Assembly: GCA_002633005.1 (NCBI GenBank)
Contig: NMRA01000144.1
Coordinates: forward strand, 608,248-672,247
DNA from: Phoronis australis
Lineage: Eukaryota > Animalia > Phoronida
Reading direction: 5' to 3'
Length of the DNA stretch: 64,000 bases
Of the stretch, positions 13,669-24,522 are shown piece by piece (the stretch's first letter is position 1; every line of letters starts with the position of its first letter). A program made the translations under genes and the position numbers. The notes beneath the pieces are model-generated. The model worked only from the letters and a program-made list of their open reading frames with translations, was not told the origin of the DNA and searched no databases.

Positions 13669-16600
13669 CTAAAGTGACATAAAACACAGAAAGCAGACTA
13701 AATTGCATTATTCAAAGTGGTTCTTTACCACTGATATACAAGTCAAACTGTTTACTAGGTACTTTTACGTTTTTATTCGTAAACTTAAGCTTTTGAATTT
13801 CTATTGATATCTAAGCATTTTTCATTTAGTTTCTAATTTAAAATAGCGACCAGTCAACTGCCCGTCACTTCTCCCACAAGGCAAAGCAAGTCTCCTTAGT
13901 TGGTAAGGTAAAACATAGACGTAACATATATTCTTTGGTGAAAACAAAACAATGGCGATTATGCATTTGGGAAACGTTTATTGGTGAATTCTTCGAGCGC
14001 ATGCGCACATTTACACATTATTAGAGGCAGAGAATTTGAAAACTGTTATTAGGATGAAAGTTTATAATTATTTGATCTGTGTTTCAAAATAGTGATTTTT
14101 CTCAAGAAATTCTTGCAATGTTCTGAGTGAACAACTCTCATGTTACCACCACCAAGAAGTACATTCGCCACCATCTGCTTAAAGGTATTTTTTACGAGTT
14201 TTCACGTTCCAAACCCCTTTAAACCTTTACTGCTTGCAAGCGGAAAGTTGAAATTTAGCAAGAAATTCAGGTACCCCTCAAACACCCTTAGATTTGTAAA
14301 CATATGGCTGGTCGACGTCCACTTCTCACCTGATTTCTGTAATCTAGAGTGTTATGACAGTCTGAATGCATTGTCTCATAGTTGAGAGTAATCGCATGCA
14401 AATGGTGGGTTGGGGTGAAAACTGCTGATTTGGTGCACTATTTATAGGTTTTTTAACTGTCCGCTTGCACTTCCGGTGGTCTTAAAGATGTATTTGCATG
14501 CTCCTCAGTATGCTAATGTATAGCAGGAACTAAACGTCTATTTGAACATCATCTACGCCAAACAAAGTGCAGTTGTATTCATTGACAGCAACAAATGTGA
14601 AAACAAAAATTCTGAAAACATGTGACCTTTGCACTAATGACGTACCGTGGGGGCTCACATAGCCCGCATCATGCAGTGTTATTATCCAACACCGGCCACG
14701 TCACTATACTTACTGGACACGGTTGAGTAATTTATGGCGGATCACTTTCGACACAAAACTCGTTCTTAGAAACATTTGGCAATTTTAAACGTACTTTATA
14801 TTCGCATCATCTCCATATGTTGTGTTTCTAACTAATTTGACCAAGCAATCACAGAGATAAGGAATTAGCGTGCAAGTTCCGCTTTAAATGATGGAAAATT
14901 GACTTTGGCATCAGTTTCAATAGACTTTGTGCAAGGTTTTTAAAGTCTCTGGCCAAGTACACTGTTCATATTTTCACCTTTTGCGCACCCTGTGGAACCA
15001 GTGCTGTACTGGTAAGTAGGCGCCCAAAGCCCACCTTGAACACTGAACGTAACTAATGGTGCGTAGGCGCTACGTTCAAATGCCAAAAGGTGGTTGGCTG
15101 CGCCTACGTCCCTGTGAAAGAGACTGTTAGAGCTGCCAAGGCATGGCTCTTCAAGCCCAAAATCAACAAAAACTGTCGAGTGCGACCTCAATTTACGTAT
15201 CCAGTCAAGATCGTTTCGTACTTTGGTCTTCTCGATTCCCATGATTGCACTGAGAGAGCACGGTCGTTGCAGACACTAAATTGCAAGATAACACACAACT
15301 GAGTATCAAGCTTCAATTTTCACCTTATGTACCAAATTAAGACTCTACGAAGAAACGGCGAAATTTGAGCCAAAACGTATAGGGAGCCCATGTACATTTT
15401 TTTTTCTCAAATCAAGCCATAATATACTTTCACATTTTGGCAATACCTCACGTTTTTTCCCTTTCTTTCAACTTCTTGGATTATGGAACCAAAGCTGAGA
15501 AGGGTTTGAGACTGGTTCGAAAATCTCGTGACTGACAAACAGTTTTACTCATTCGAGTAAAATGTAATGGTGAATGGTAAAAATAAAAAAATCGGTTGTA
15601 ACGGGATCGATGAGTTTGAGGCTCTAACACTAGTGCTAAAGTTTCGAAATATTTTGGAAACTTTCTCAGTGCAATCTGTCGCCTATAGTCTCAGCCCAGT
15701 GGCACAGGACCGACTGAGAGGTGTTACTCATTCCATTTGGAGAGGAAAAGTAGCTTTAAAATGAGCCCCACAAGTTTAAGTGTCAACGTGCCTTCATCTG
15801 TTGATTATCCGCTTGTTAACTCAATAGATTTGTGTGATGACCAACCGTTAATTAAGCCCTGGACAGTGTGGCTGATTCATCGTGCCTGGATGGGTCAATT
15901 GGATTAATCATGTCGGCTGTTAGGCATTTCAGCCGCTCACAGACAAGATATATTTCGAACTGTCGACAGTAGTAGAAAACCCAGAGACATGACGGCTTTA
16001 TAACAACTTAATAAAATATTTACTACCGTAATGTGACTTGTGCGAATGTCAGGGGTTTAATTAAATGCGAATTATTTCAATAGACAGTTTCATCCCTTTG
16101 GCCGTCTATGTAATCTATTGTGATGTTAGTGTAGACTGTTGGAGCACCGTCTCCGGCAGCAGCGCCGATCAGTTGAGAAGCGAAGATAAAGAGATACACT
16201 TAATTAGACGTTTATTGTGATTAAACCGACAATACCGCCGTCATGCGTTCAGGAAAATTTTGCATATCACTTTCGAAGCGCACGGGCCCGCATCTGGCGC
16301 CGTCTCGATAAAGAATGAAATACGTGTCGATCTGTTTTCTGTTATGAAATGACCGATTTTTTTACAAAGTTCGTTCAGAATTCTGAGTGCGAATTTCGCT
16401 CTGATTTTCGTAGTTAAAAAACGCTGCAGCAGGCGCCGAAGAGAAATATGCACTTGTTGGTCGTCTAGCATGTCTCTGTCTAAATGGTCATTGGAAAAAC
16501 TGTTGATTAGCGTTGAGTTATTAATGACAGAGCATGCTGGAGATCACACGAGTTTTGTCTTGTTAGACGCCTGTTTATACGGCGGCTAATTCTTGAACAG

Positions 16601-19600
16601 TACGTTATAGCACTTCATTAAGGAACCGTGTTCATTCTTGCCGCCGTTGGAACGGTTAAATAATCAAAAGTTCGTGATCGCGCATACACAAATGTTCCAA
16701 CAACACATTCTTAGCAATAACGTTTAAAGTCAAATCAATCCTATACCAATATTGCTCCAACGTCCGTCGATGTCATAAATCGAGAAGTGTGTTTTTATGT
16801 GTTTTATCCATTCCATTAACATTTACGGAGTGTTGCCTAATTTGATATTTTGACAAAACTCCAATTAACGGCCAGCGGAATCTGTGGTGGTGCATAAGTT
16901 GTCGGCGGGGATAAAACAGGAGTTAAACGGAAGACATGCATAGCACCAAAATCCATCACGTCTTGATAAGCTGTCACTTCTTTGGCATCAACGAAGACTG
17001 AATAAAGCTGCAAATGCCAGTGCTACCGTACTACAGTACAATTTGTTTGCCATCAACCAGATTGTAGTGAACTACTGAAATTACCTAACTAAATGCATGT
17101 ATACAAATAACCAGTCATTTGCGACATTGCATGTGTTTCTGACAATGACGATCCTGGGCAGATTAAAAGAAGTTAAAGAACCCAGTAGGGCCTATAGTAT
17201 TCAGCATTCGAACAGAAACGAGTCGCCTCGGGCGTGGTCAGAATTAACCTGGAGAAGAGTCCTATGATAAGCCACCCTCCAATTAGCACAGGTCACGGGT
17301 AGGTGAACAGACATGCCTGAGTCATTAATTCACTATGAATTTCAATCTTGTTATTATCTGGTAGTCTTACATGTTTAGTTACGTTACGTAACTGACCGGG
17401 TCACGACATGGCACGGAAAGGTTGCCGTTAGTTAAAGTGCTGGTCCCAGATCAAACGACACATAAGAAATAATAGTAAATAGCAGAGTACAGGGAGAGAC
17501 TAACTCATCCCATACATGACTGCTACTCTAATAAAACTTTACATATAATTATAAATTAATGGTACAAGTTAGCTGCCGAGCGAAAGTACCCACAAGTGAG
17601 ACAACACGACATATTTATTTCAAACCTTACAGCTAAACTATTTCGCCGGACTTATATTACAATTTTGTTTCTTTTCATTCAATACAAAAGTATTTATGCA
17701 CTCCAAGTAAAGCAAGAAAATGAAAAATGGTGAAAATCCCTTGCGTTGATATGTTTTTTATTCAAATAAACAGACATGCAGAACACCGTGTAGGTGGGTA
17801 TTATTAGCCTTACTAAAGCATGTTGTTGTATAACCAATACCTTCTGTTCAAAACAACTTTTGGTTTTCGCCTCTTGCCATTATGACATCGGTCTCCTATT
17901 GTTCCTTACATACTCTGATTAAAAATGCTTTCTAAGCTTTAGTACAGAACTGACACGTCGTTATGATTGCTTCACACTAGGTTCATTTTTTCAGCCCCCA
18001 AGGCAGTATATGGCCGTCAGGAGAAATCCAGGCGATTGAAACTTAATTCAAACAAAAGCAAAGAACGCGAAGAGCAAATAAGAACGTAGGTGTTTTTTAC
18101 ACCAAGGAACTTGATGACCAAAGTAGTAAAGCTAGAAACTCGAAATCTTGAGATTTTACTCGAAATCTCATTTTAAACCGATTTTAAGCTCAAATATAGC
18201 GGTCATCAAGTTAAAATTTGGACAAGAAACTCGTCTGCGTAAACCACAATGATCTCTAGCACAGAATAACAGACACTTATCTTGAGTTTGCACAAATATG
18301 ACAAATGCTGAATAGAAAACGTCAGAATTATTTTGGAGTTCGATACTAGTACAAAGGTCAGACTTTTGGCCCAGAGCATAACTTATAGCGGTAAAACTCC
18401 ACGAAGCGCCATCTGCGAAAGCAATTGTTTTGTTCCGTGTTTTGGGAAGGAACCCTTCATTTGTTTTTAATTTGAATACGCCGGGTTAGCTTTTCTAATT
18501 ACGCATGAAAAAAACATGGATCGAATGGACTTCATTGATTAATCCAGCGGAAAGATTCGCCATCTCTAACTTCATTTGTTTCACTTTAAATTTGTGATTT
18601 CGGCTTGACCTATGTGGGTCTTAGATATTCTGTATCATATAATATTATTGATAATCAAACTCGTTATTTTCCATTTGTCCAAATGTAGTCATAGCACTAT
18701 TGTGAATAGTTCTTGGCACACGACCAAGGATGACAGATCACAGCGTTCAGTGACAATGTCTCTACTGGGCGTCATGTTTGAAATGCAAGATAGCACCTTT
18801 CAGCTTCTCATTCTACAATTCAATACAGCGCGCAGCAGGGGGTAATCTCCGTCAGGTGGCTAAAAGTAGCGTGTCACTCGTTGGTCATACTCGGGTTTGA
18901 GATTAGAGCCATCCCTGCAAATTTTAAAGCGTGGCAGAGGTGATTTAAATACGGCATGAAAAAAGAACCACGCGTGACAGTCAAATGAACAAATCTAGAG
19001 CCTTGTTCATTAAAGTAGCTCACAGTAATTAAGGATTGAGGATCAAACAATTATGTAACTGACACTTCAGCCATTAAATGCCCGCCCAATGGATTTTGCT
19101 GCACTGGTATAAAACTTGCTGCGTGTTAAGCTCTGCAGCGTGATGCGCAAGTTCAGCTGTTGGATTACCAAACGACTTTTAGGCTTGTTTGGCTCAACAA
19201 TAAAGAGTTTTCGAAATCAATCTGATCTGTATTTTTTGTGATCATTAAAAACACGGATGTAGAACTTGATTTCTTAACAATCAGTCTAAGTTTTACAATG
19301 GGTTTCAAAGATGGCGCAACACGTGGCTTTAAGGTACAAGACGTCATTGGTTATTCAAGTGCACAATGGATGTCAAACTTAAAAAAGCAACTGTTCAACC
19401 AAAACTGAATGTCGTCGTTAGGTCCACTTATTTGGCTATCTACCAAACCGTTCTAAGTTTCTGTTAAAAAGTGGGTCAGACAGTTTATTGACGTAGACAT
19501 AAGCGAGGGTAGCCAATTAGTTCAACACGCCGAAAAACCCGCCAGGAATAACAGGTAACAGATCTCCGGACGCTGCTTAACTCCGGATTACTTCGGAAAA

Positions 19601-20347
19601 TTTTGGGCAGCACAGGTGAAGCTTTTTAGAGATTCTCACTACGTCCCTGACGACAAAATTATCAGCTGAAGTGCAGCATTGCTAATTAACCTCTGCCCGT
19701 CCATTGCATCTCTAGTTAAATATCAATAGCAATGCCCAGGTAGAATAAAACAAGATGCGATAGACTGACGTTGTCACCTTGGCAACCCAATGAGTCATAT
19801 CGTTGCACCACGACGGGCAATGCCCTGCTGCGTATGACAAGTGAGGCGCCCAGAATATTCTATTGACGGACAAACTTTTGTGACACACTCAATGCAAAAT
19901 ATATTGAATCGATCGAGTCAAAATGACATTGGTAACGCTGCGCTGACAATCAAAAATCATAAGCTTTGTAAATTCATTTGAGCCAGCGTGACAGGCGACA
20001 GGCCATCACGTCACCATTACGTGTGAAGAATTACCCAATGACAAGCACACTTTTCTTGGACGCGTGCCACACCATTACCTACTGTTTATCTTGGTTCGTG
20101 CTTCCCGCCATTTGGGTTCTGGCACTTATAGGTGTTGGGATTCCCCACAACACCGATGCACAAATGCGAAGAAGATTGAATGAAATGTGTAACATTATCA
20201 TAATTACGAAAAGAGAATTTATTGCGGATGTGAAATACACCAAAATAACACAACTTTACAACGAACACTTCTCCAAAACAAACCCAAATCGTGTCCTGAA
20301 AAGTTTCATCTAATCAGGGCATGTTGCCAGCGCATCGTCATCGCTAA

Positions 20348-20450
20348 CCAATCAAATAGCGTTACTGTGAAGATAACCTGTGACCTTTTAACCTAAATAA
20401 AAACCAAAACAAACCGCGATCGCTGGCAGTAAGTAAACGGGTTTCATTGT
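20348..20450 (+). promoter_or_regulatory. Candidate core promoter of the BH3-only gene
   Basis: CCAAT at 20348-20352, TATA-like TAAATAAAA from 20394, Inr-like CAGT (~20427) and TCATT (~20443), in a CpG-rich context ~300 bp upstream of the ATG. Confidence 0.4.
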
Positions 20451-20517
20451 GTAATGACACAACAGAAAGGAAACTGAGTGCGATAGCATCGCAAGCCAAG
20501 GTGAAGTCTGGTCATAC

Positions 20518-20670
20518 GTGAGTCGATCTGACTTAGTGGATCATAAACATTAGCGAGAAATACATATGTACTCGTTGCCACTTATACGGACGCTAGCCAT
20601 GTGACTCACGCTACGTGATGTATATTAGCAGTAGGCTCGTAGAACTAAATCAGTTTTTGGTCAGCTGCAG
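20518..20670 (+). other. Candidate 5' UTR intron of the BH3-only gene
   Basis: Donor-like AC|GTGAGT at 20518 and acceptor-like TTTTTGGTCAGCTGCAG ending at 20670. An alternative donor CA|GTAAGT lies at 20429, so the boundaries are uncertain. Confidence 0.3.
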
Positions 20671-20734
20671 ACGATCGTAAATCGATTACTACACTGGGTT
20701 CACGAGGGACTGGTACGCTTGCTTGCCCAAAGCG

Positions 20735-21196
20735 ATGGCACGCTCGACAAACACGTGCAATTCAAAGTCATGCACTAACGGAGTAAACGCCCGTGCAGAG
20801 TTTTCACCTGAGCAAGAGGACAATATTAAAGACGTTGATGACGCTAATAACAACGAGATACCTGGAAACATTGACTTAAACAACAACGAATATTTCATAT
20901 TGAACAACAACTTAATACAAGAGGGCAACCCTCTTAGGGAAATGGCGATCCACGAACAAGTAGGCTTAGAGGGTGCCGTCGGACCCGACCCGACGTGTAT
21001 ACAACAGGTTGCCGACCAGTTGCAACAGATTGGCGATCAGATGGAGGACGAACTCGTGGCCTCTCGAAGAAACCTTCCATCGTTAGACATTCTGAATGGA
21101 TTAAGATATTTCCTTTCGTCTCAGACAGACTCCTTAGTGCTAAGTGCCCACCTTATCCATTCAGTGATAGTTGTGGTTGTGCTCTTGAGACAGTGA
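20735..21196 (+). CDS. Putative BH3-only pro-apoptotic Bcl-2 family protein with C-terminal tail anchor (BIK/BID-like architecture), 153 aa
   Basis: Longest ORF in the window; first in-frame ATG at 20735 in good Kozak context (gcgATGg; the track's TTG start at 20723 is not used). Residues 89-107 IQQVADQLQQIGDQMEDEL fit the BH3 consensus (hydrophobic I89/V92, L96, I99, G100-D101, M103). Residues 134-151 LVLSAHLIHSVIVVVVLL followed by RQ-stop form a tail anchor. Orthology to a named vertebrate gene cannot be assigned by eye. Confidence 0.8.
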   Translation: MARSTNTCNSKSCTNGVNARAEFSPEQEDNIKDVDDANNNEIPGNIDLNNNEYFILNNNLIQEGNPLREMAIHEQVGLEGAVGPDPTCIQQVADQLQQIGDQMEDELVASRRNLPSLDILNGLRYFLSSQTDSLVLSAHLIHSVIVVVVLLRQ

Positions 21197-21249
21197 AAGG
21201 TAAGAATCTGTTAGATTTTGATTTAATTATTTTTGCTGCATGTTGTCTC

Positions 21250-21324
21250 CAGGGGCGGATCCAGGATTTTGAGTTAGGGGAGACCAGGGCAAAGTTGCCC
21301 CCCCACCCCCTAAATCCGCCACTG
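21250..21324 (+). mobile_element. MITE family A, internally deleted copy
   Basis: Same termini CAGGGGCGGATCCAGG / TAAATCCGCCACTG; flanks GTCTC / GGCTC (4/5 TSD match). Confidence 0.75.
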
Positions 21325-21662
21325 GGCTCAGACAACATGTCAAATCACAATAAAATCAGGGTATTGTTCCTCAAGATCCACTATTTAGCAAGTCATGACG
21401 TCAAATACAGTTATCCCAGTGCCCCGGTTTCAGGGTTAACGTTACATGATTAAATAGGGCATCAGATAAATGTTAGTGTATGTTATTTGAAAGGCCATGA
21501 AGGTCGGTCAAAGAAATCACTGGTAAACGGCACAATACACAGCCCTTTTCGGTGGCACCATCTGATTGGGGAAAATTGTAGTAAAACTGGAAAAGCAAAA
21601 CTAGTAATAAGATCCAGAAAAGTAAAGAACTAGTGTCCGTAGTTTTGCCAACATGTAACAAG

Positions 21663-21682
21663 TATCAAGCCCAGACTTGTCT
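21663..21682. promoter_or_regulatory. p53/p63/p73-type response element
   Basis: TATCAAGCCC-AGACTTGTCT: two RRRCWWGYYY decamers with zero spacer, both cores intact, second decamer perfect, 18/20 overall. A further degenerate half-site CAACATGTAA lies at 21649-21658. Confidence 0.5.
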
Positions 21683-21769
21683 TGGATAGTGAATGAAGCA
21701 TTGTTCTTTCTACAAACAAAACACTGTAGAATCGCGGCTACAATTGTATGCGTATAAGTGTATGTGTAA

Positions 21770-21797
21770 GTGTGTGTGTGTGTGTGTGCGCGCGCGC
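21770..21797. repeat. (TG)n(CG)n microsatellite
   Basis: Uninterrupted alternating purine-pyrimidine tract. Confidence 0.9.
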
Positions 21798-21898
21798 ACC
21801 CGCGCGCTCACCAGCGTGCGTTTACAAATAGCTTCAGTATATACGGTTACATGTTACAGTATAACGCGAGATTTTCCTGAAAGCTGTACCATATTTAA

Positions 21899-22236
21899 AG
21901 GGATATTAGTGGCGCGAAACGTGATTTTCTGGAACCACCCTCAATATGGAATCAAACATGCAACCCCGCGGTCATAGCCTAACGCTCTGTCGGTGAAGCT
22001 AAACCTTACTCGATGAACGGCAAAGTAATAAGCGTGTTTAACAAACTGATTGGTCACCGACCTTGATTTCAGCGAATGCCTGGCAGATAACGGCTAGAAT
22101 TTTCGATTTGTAATAAAACTACAAAACAGCGATTCTTGTTGTTTAACAGCTCTGGTCAAAGCTAATAACTTCAATAAGTCTATTCCAGCCAACGATAATC
22201 CCCTGCGTTTTTTGGCCGTAAAACCGATAATGTCCC
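21899..22236 (+). mobile_element. TTAA-flanked non-autonomous DNA transposon, family B (Kolobok/piggyBac-like)
   Basis: TTAA-AGGGATATTA ... TAATGTCCC-TTAA; the 3' part (CTCTGGTCAAAGCTAAT...GGCCGTAAAACCGAT) recurs at ~13050-13140 and ~70-172. Confidence 0.7.
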
Positions 22237-24331
22237 TTAAAATAAACTTTTTTATTTCAAAAGCTGAGCGAGGTGCGCCACTTCAGTTGTCAACTCCATC
22301 GATGGAGTCAACCCCAAATCAAGATAACGAGATTTGAAAACAATTCTGGCTGCGATCCATTTGCTGAAATGGTAAGCGAGTACGGGTGATAAGGGAACAC
22401 AAACAAACACTGCCTTTTGTTGTCAGACGTAGTTCCAGTGTCCTAAAAATAGATCCAGTCAGTTTGGAATAAACCACAAATCACCCCTCGCGGGCTCGTG
22501 TCGCGTCGTTACTACACCAAACGTCAGTCAATTGGGTCGTTGACTCATATTAGAAGATAAATTTTTATTGAAAGCACTTCGGCTCATTTTTGTTTACTAT
22601 TCATATGACTTTTTCAATCGTGATTCAACCATTCTACCAGGAAAAACTTGGCCCCGAATCAACATCGTGGCGCCAGTCGAAAATCTAGAATAATAGCACT
22701 GACAATTTCGTGAACAGTGTTATTTTTGTCATACGCCTATGTTGACAAAACTCAATAAGCTGTGATAGCGCCTTTACGACGTGTTGTATTCTAATGTTCG
22801 ATTTTGCACCATTCGGACGATCACCTCAGAGCCATAGATACGCGAATCGCCATCAATAACCAAAACAAACAACAGCTAGGGTCACTAAGAATTAAAAAAG
22901 CTTACAACACCATTTTGTGTGAAGTTATCCAGGCGTTGTATAGTAAACACTGTGTCGGTTGGTTGTGTGCTGGGTCAATAACTGTGTGTGTCGCGAACAA
23001 GTGGATTTGTTTTGACGCGTGCCTACACTTGTGTCGTTGTTAATTCGATATTAATTTACCACAGAGAATGCGTTTTTAAGAGGACAGGATTATTTTATTG
23101 CAACACATATCGGTGTTGTAACAAACAAAAAGGAAGCGCTGTTGAAGATACATGTTATTCTCTCCTGTTATTACGAAGTGTCACTTCTGGATTGAGTTTT
23201 CTAAATATACTTTCTTTCTGTTGCTCCTCAGCGTTCACAAACTACGTTTTATTTAATAACTTAAAAAGATTGTAAAATGAAAATTCCCAAATAATGAGTT
23301 CAATAGTCGTGGCTCAGTAAACGGATATTTATGTAAATCCCCGGAAAGATTTAGGAAAACCCCAAAAATCATACGAGATCAAACAGCAGTCATTCAAGGC
23401 GGGGACACGGGTCAAAACATGGAGATACGGCCATGACCCTTTATCAACTAATTTTAAAACGAACTTTCTTATCTATTTCTACACATTGCTTTATGGAATT
23501 CACGACTTAACACAGCCACGTTTATGGGACGCAGTGAAAGAATGTCTCACAGACAGGAATTATTTAATGAATCATAGGCTGATTAATGCAAAATTGTTAT
23601 TAATAGCATTCACACAGCGGCTATCATTAATACATAACTGCAGGCTTTAATCTACAAAGAACGAGGCACAAATATACATTTGCCATAAATAAAACAAAAT
23701 AAACAAGCGACAAATTTCAACACGCCGCAAAGAAGTTGTCGAGCCGTATGAATTCCCATGTGTAAGAAGTTCCTGGATAATGTTCAAGCAAGTGCTCTGT
23801 TAAATTTTATCTTCTCTGTGTCTTTTGTTTACAAGAGAGGGCTATTAAGATAATATGTGATTGACACGTGCCATTTATTCGCCGACCTGCTCAGACTCGA
23901 TCGAAGATTTCCAGGAGCTAAGTCCTTTTGCAGGTTTTCTCTTGCTTATCCAAATATTATCCGCAGGATATTAAATTGTGAGCCCTTTGTCAAGTGCTCA
24001 GACCCGGGGCTCAGACAGACGGCTAGTTTGTGCATTTCACTGAACAGGTTTTCATAAGCAGCCAGATCGATAGAAAATGATAACCAACAAAACTGTTGAT
24101 AGACTTTCGATCGCTAAACAACTGCATTAGATTATCGCTATGACTCACCATTATGCCTGTCGCAAGTATATACTCGAGGTATGGCTCCTTTTTCGTCACG
24201 TATCGAACGCAACAGTGATAGGACAGTCCAATATCACTTCTTACGCAAAACGTGCACCTCTTCATTTATTGCAATCTAAGAAGCATCGAAGGTTACGTAA
24301 CGCACAAGATTAAATTTGTGATTTGTCTTAT

Positions 24332-24522
24332 CGAATTAAAATTAAGCTTTTTGGTATACATTTTTAAATAAAAGCGTCCGACCTTTAGTCATGTGCCACC
24401 GTTAAGTTTATATTTAGTTGATTTGTGCTCTGAAAATCTTGAGCGAATTAAAATTAAGCTTTTGGTAAACATTTTTAAATAAAAGCGTCTGACCTTTAGT
24501 CATGTGCGACCGTTGAAGTTTA
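24332..24522 (+). repeat. Recent tandem duplication of ~78 bp
   Basis: CGAATTAAAATTAAGCTTTT...TAAAAGCGTC(C/T)GACCTTTAGTCATGTGC at ~24332-24410 and ~24444-24522. Confidence 0.85.

Noticed and set aside
13874-13893. Second possible full p53 site CCACAAGGCA-AAGCAAGTCT
   Set aside because: First decamer has four mismatches; within chance expectation.
15058-15114. Hairpin CGTAGGCGC...GCGCCTACG resembling a pre-miRNA (miR-242-like seed)
   Set aside because: Stem only ~9-10 bp with a large loop; ends in CGTCCCTG like a MITE terminus; the remainder does not match the mature miRNA.
20723-20734. TTG start given in the ORF track for the BH3 protein
   Set aside because: Eukaryotic locus; the in-frame ATG at 20735 has a good Kozak context.
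21131-21187. BNIP3/NIX identity suggested by SLVLSAHL and upstream HREs
   Set aside because: Lacks the BNIP3 GxxxG transmembrane dimer motif and the WVEL-type LIR, and the BH3 here is canonical rather than BNIP3-atypical.
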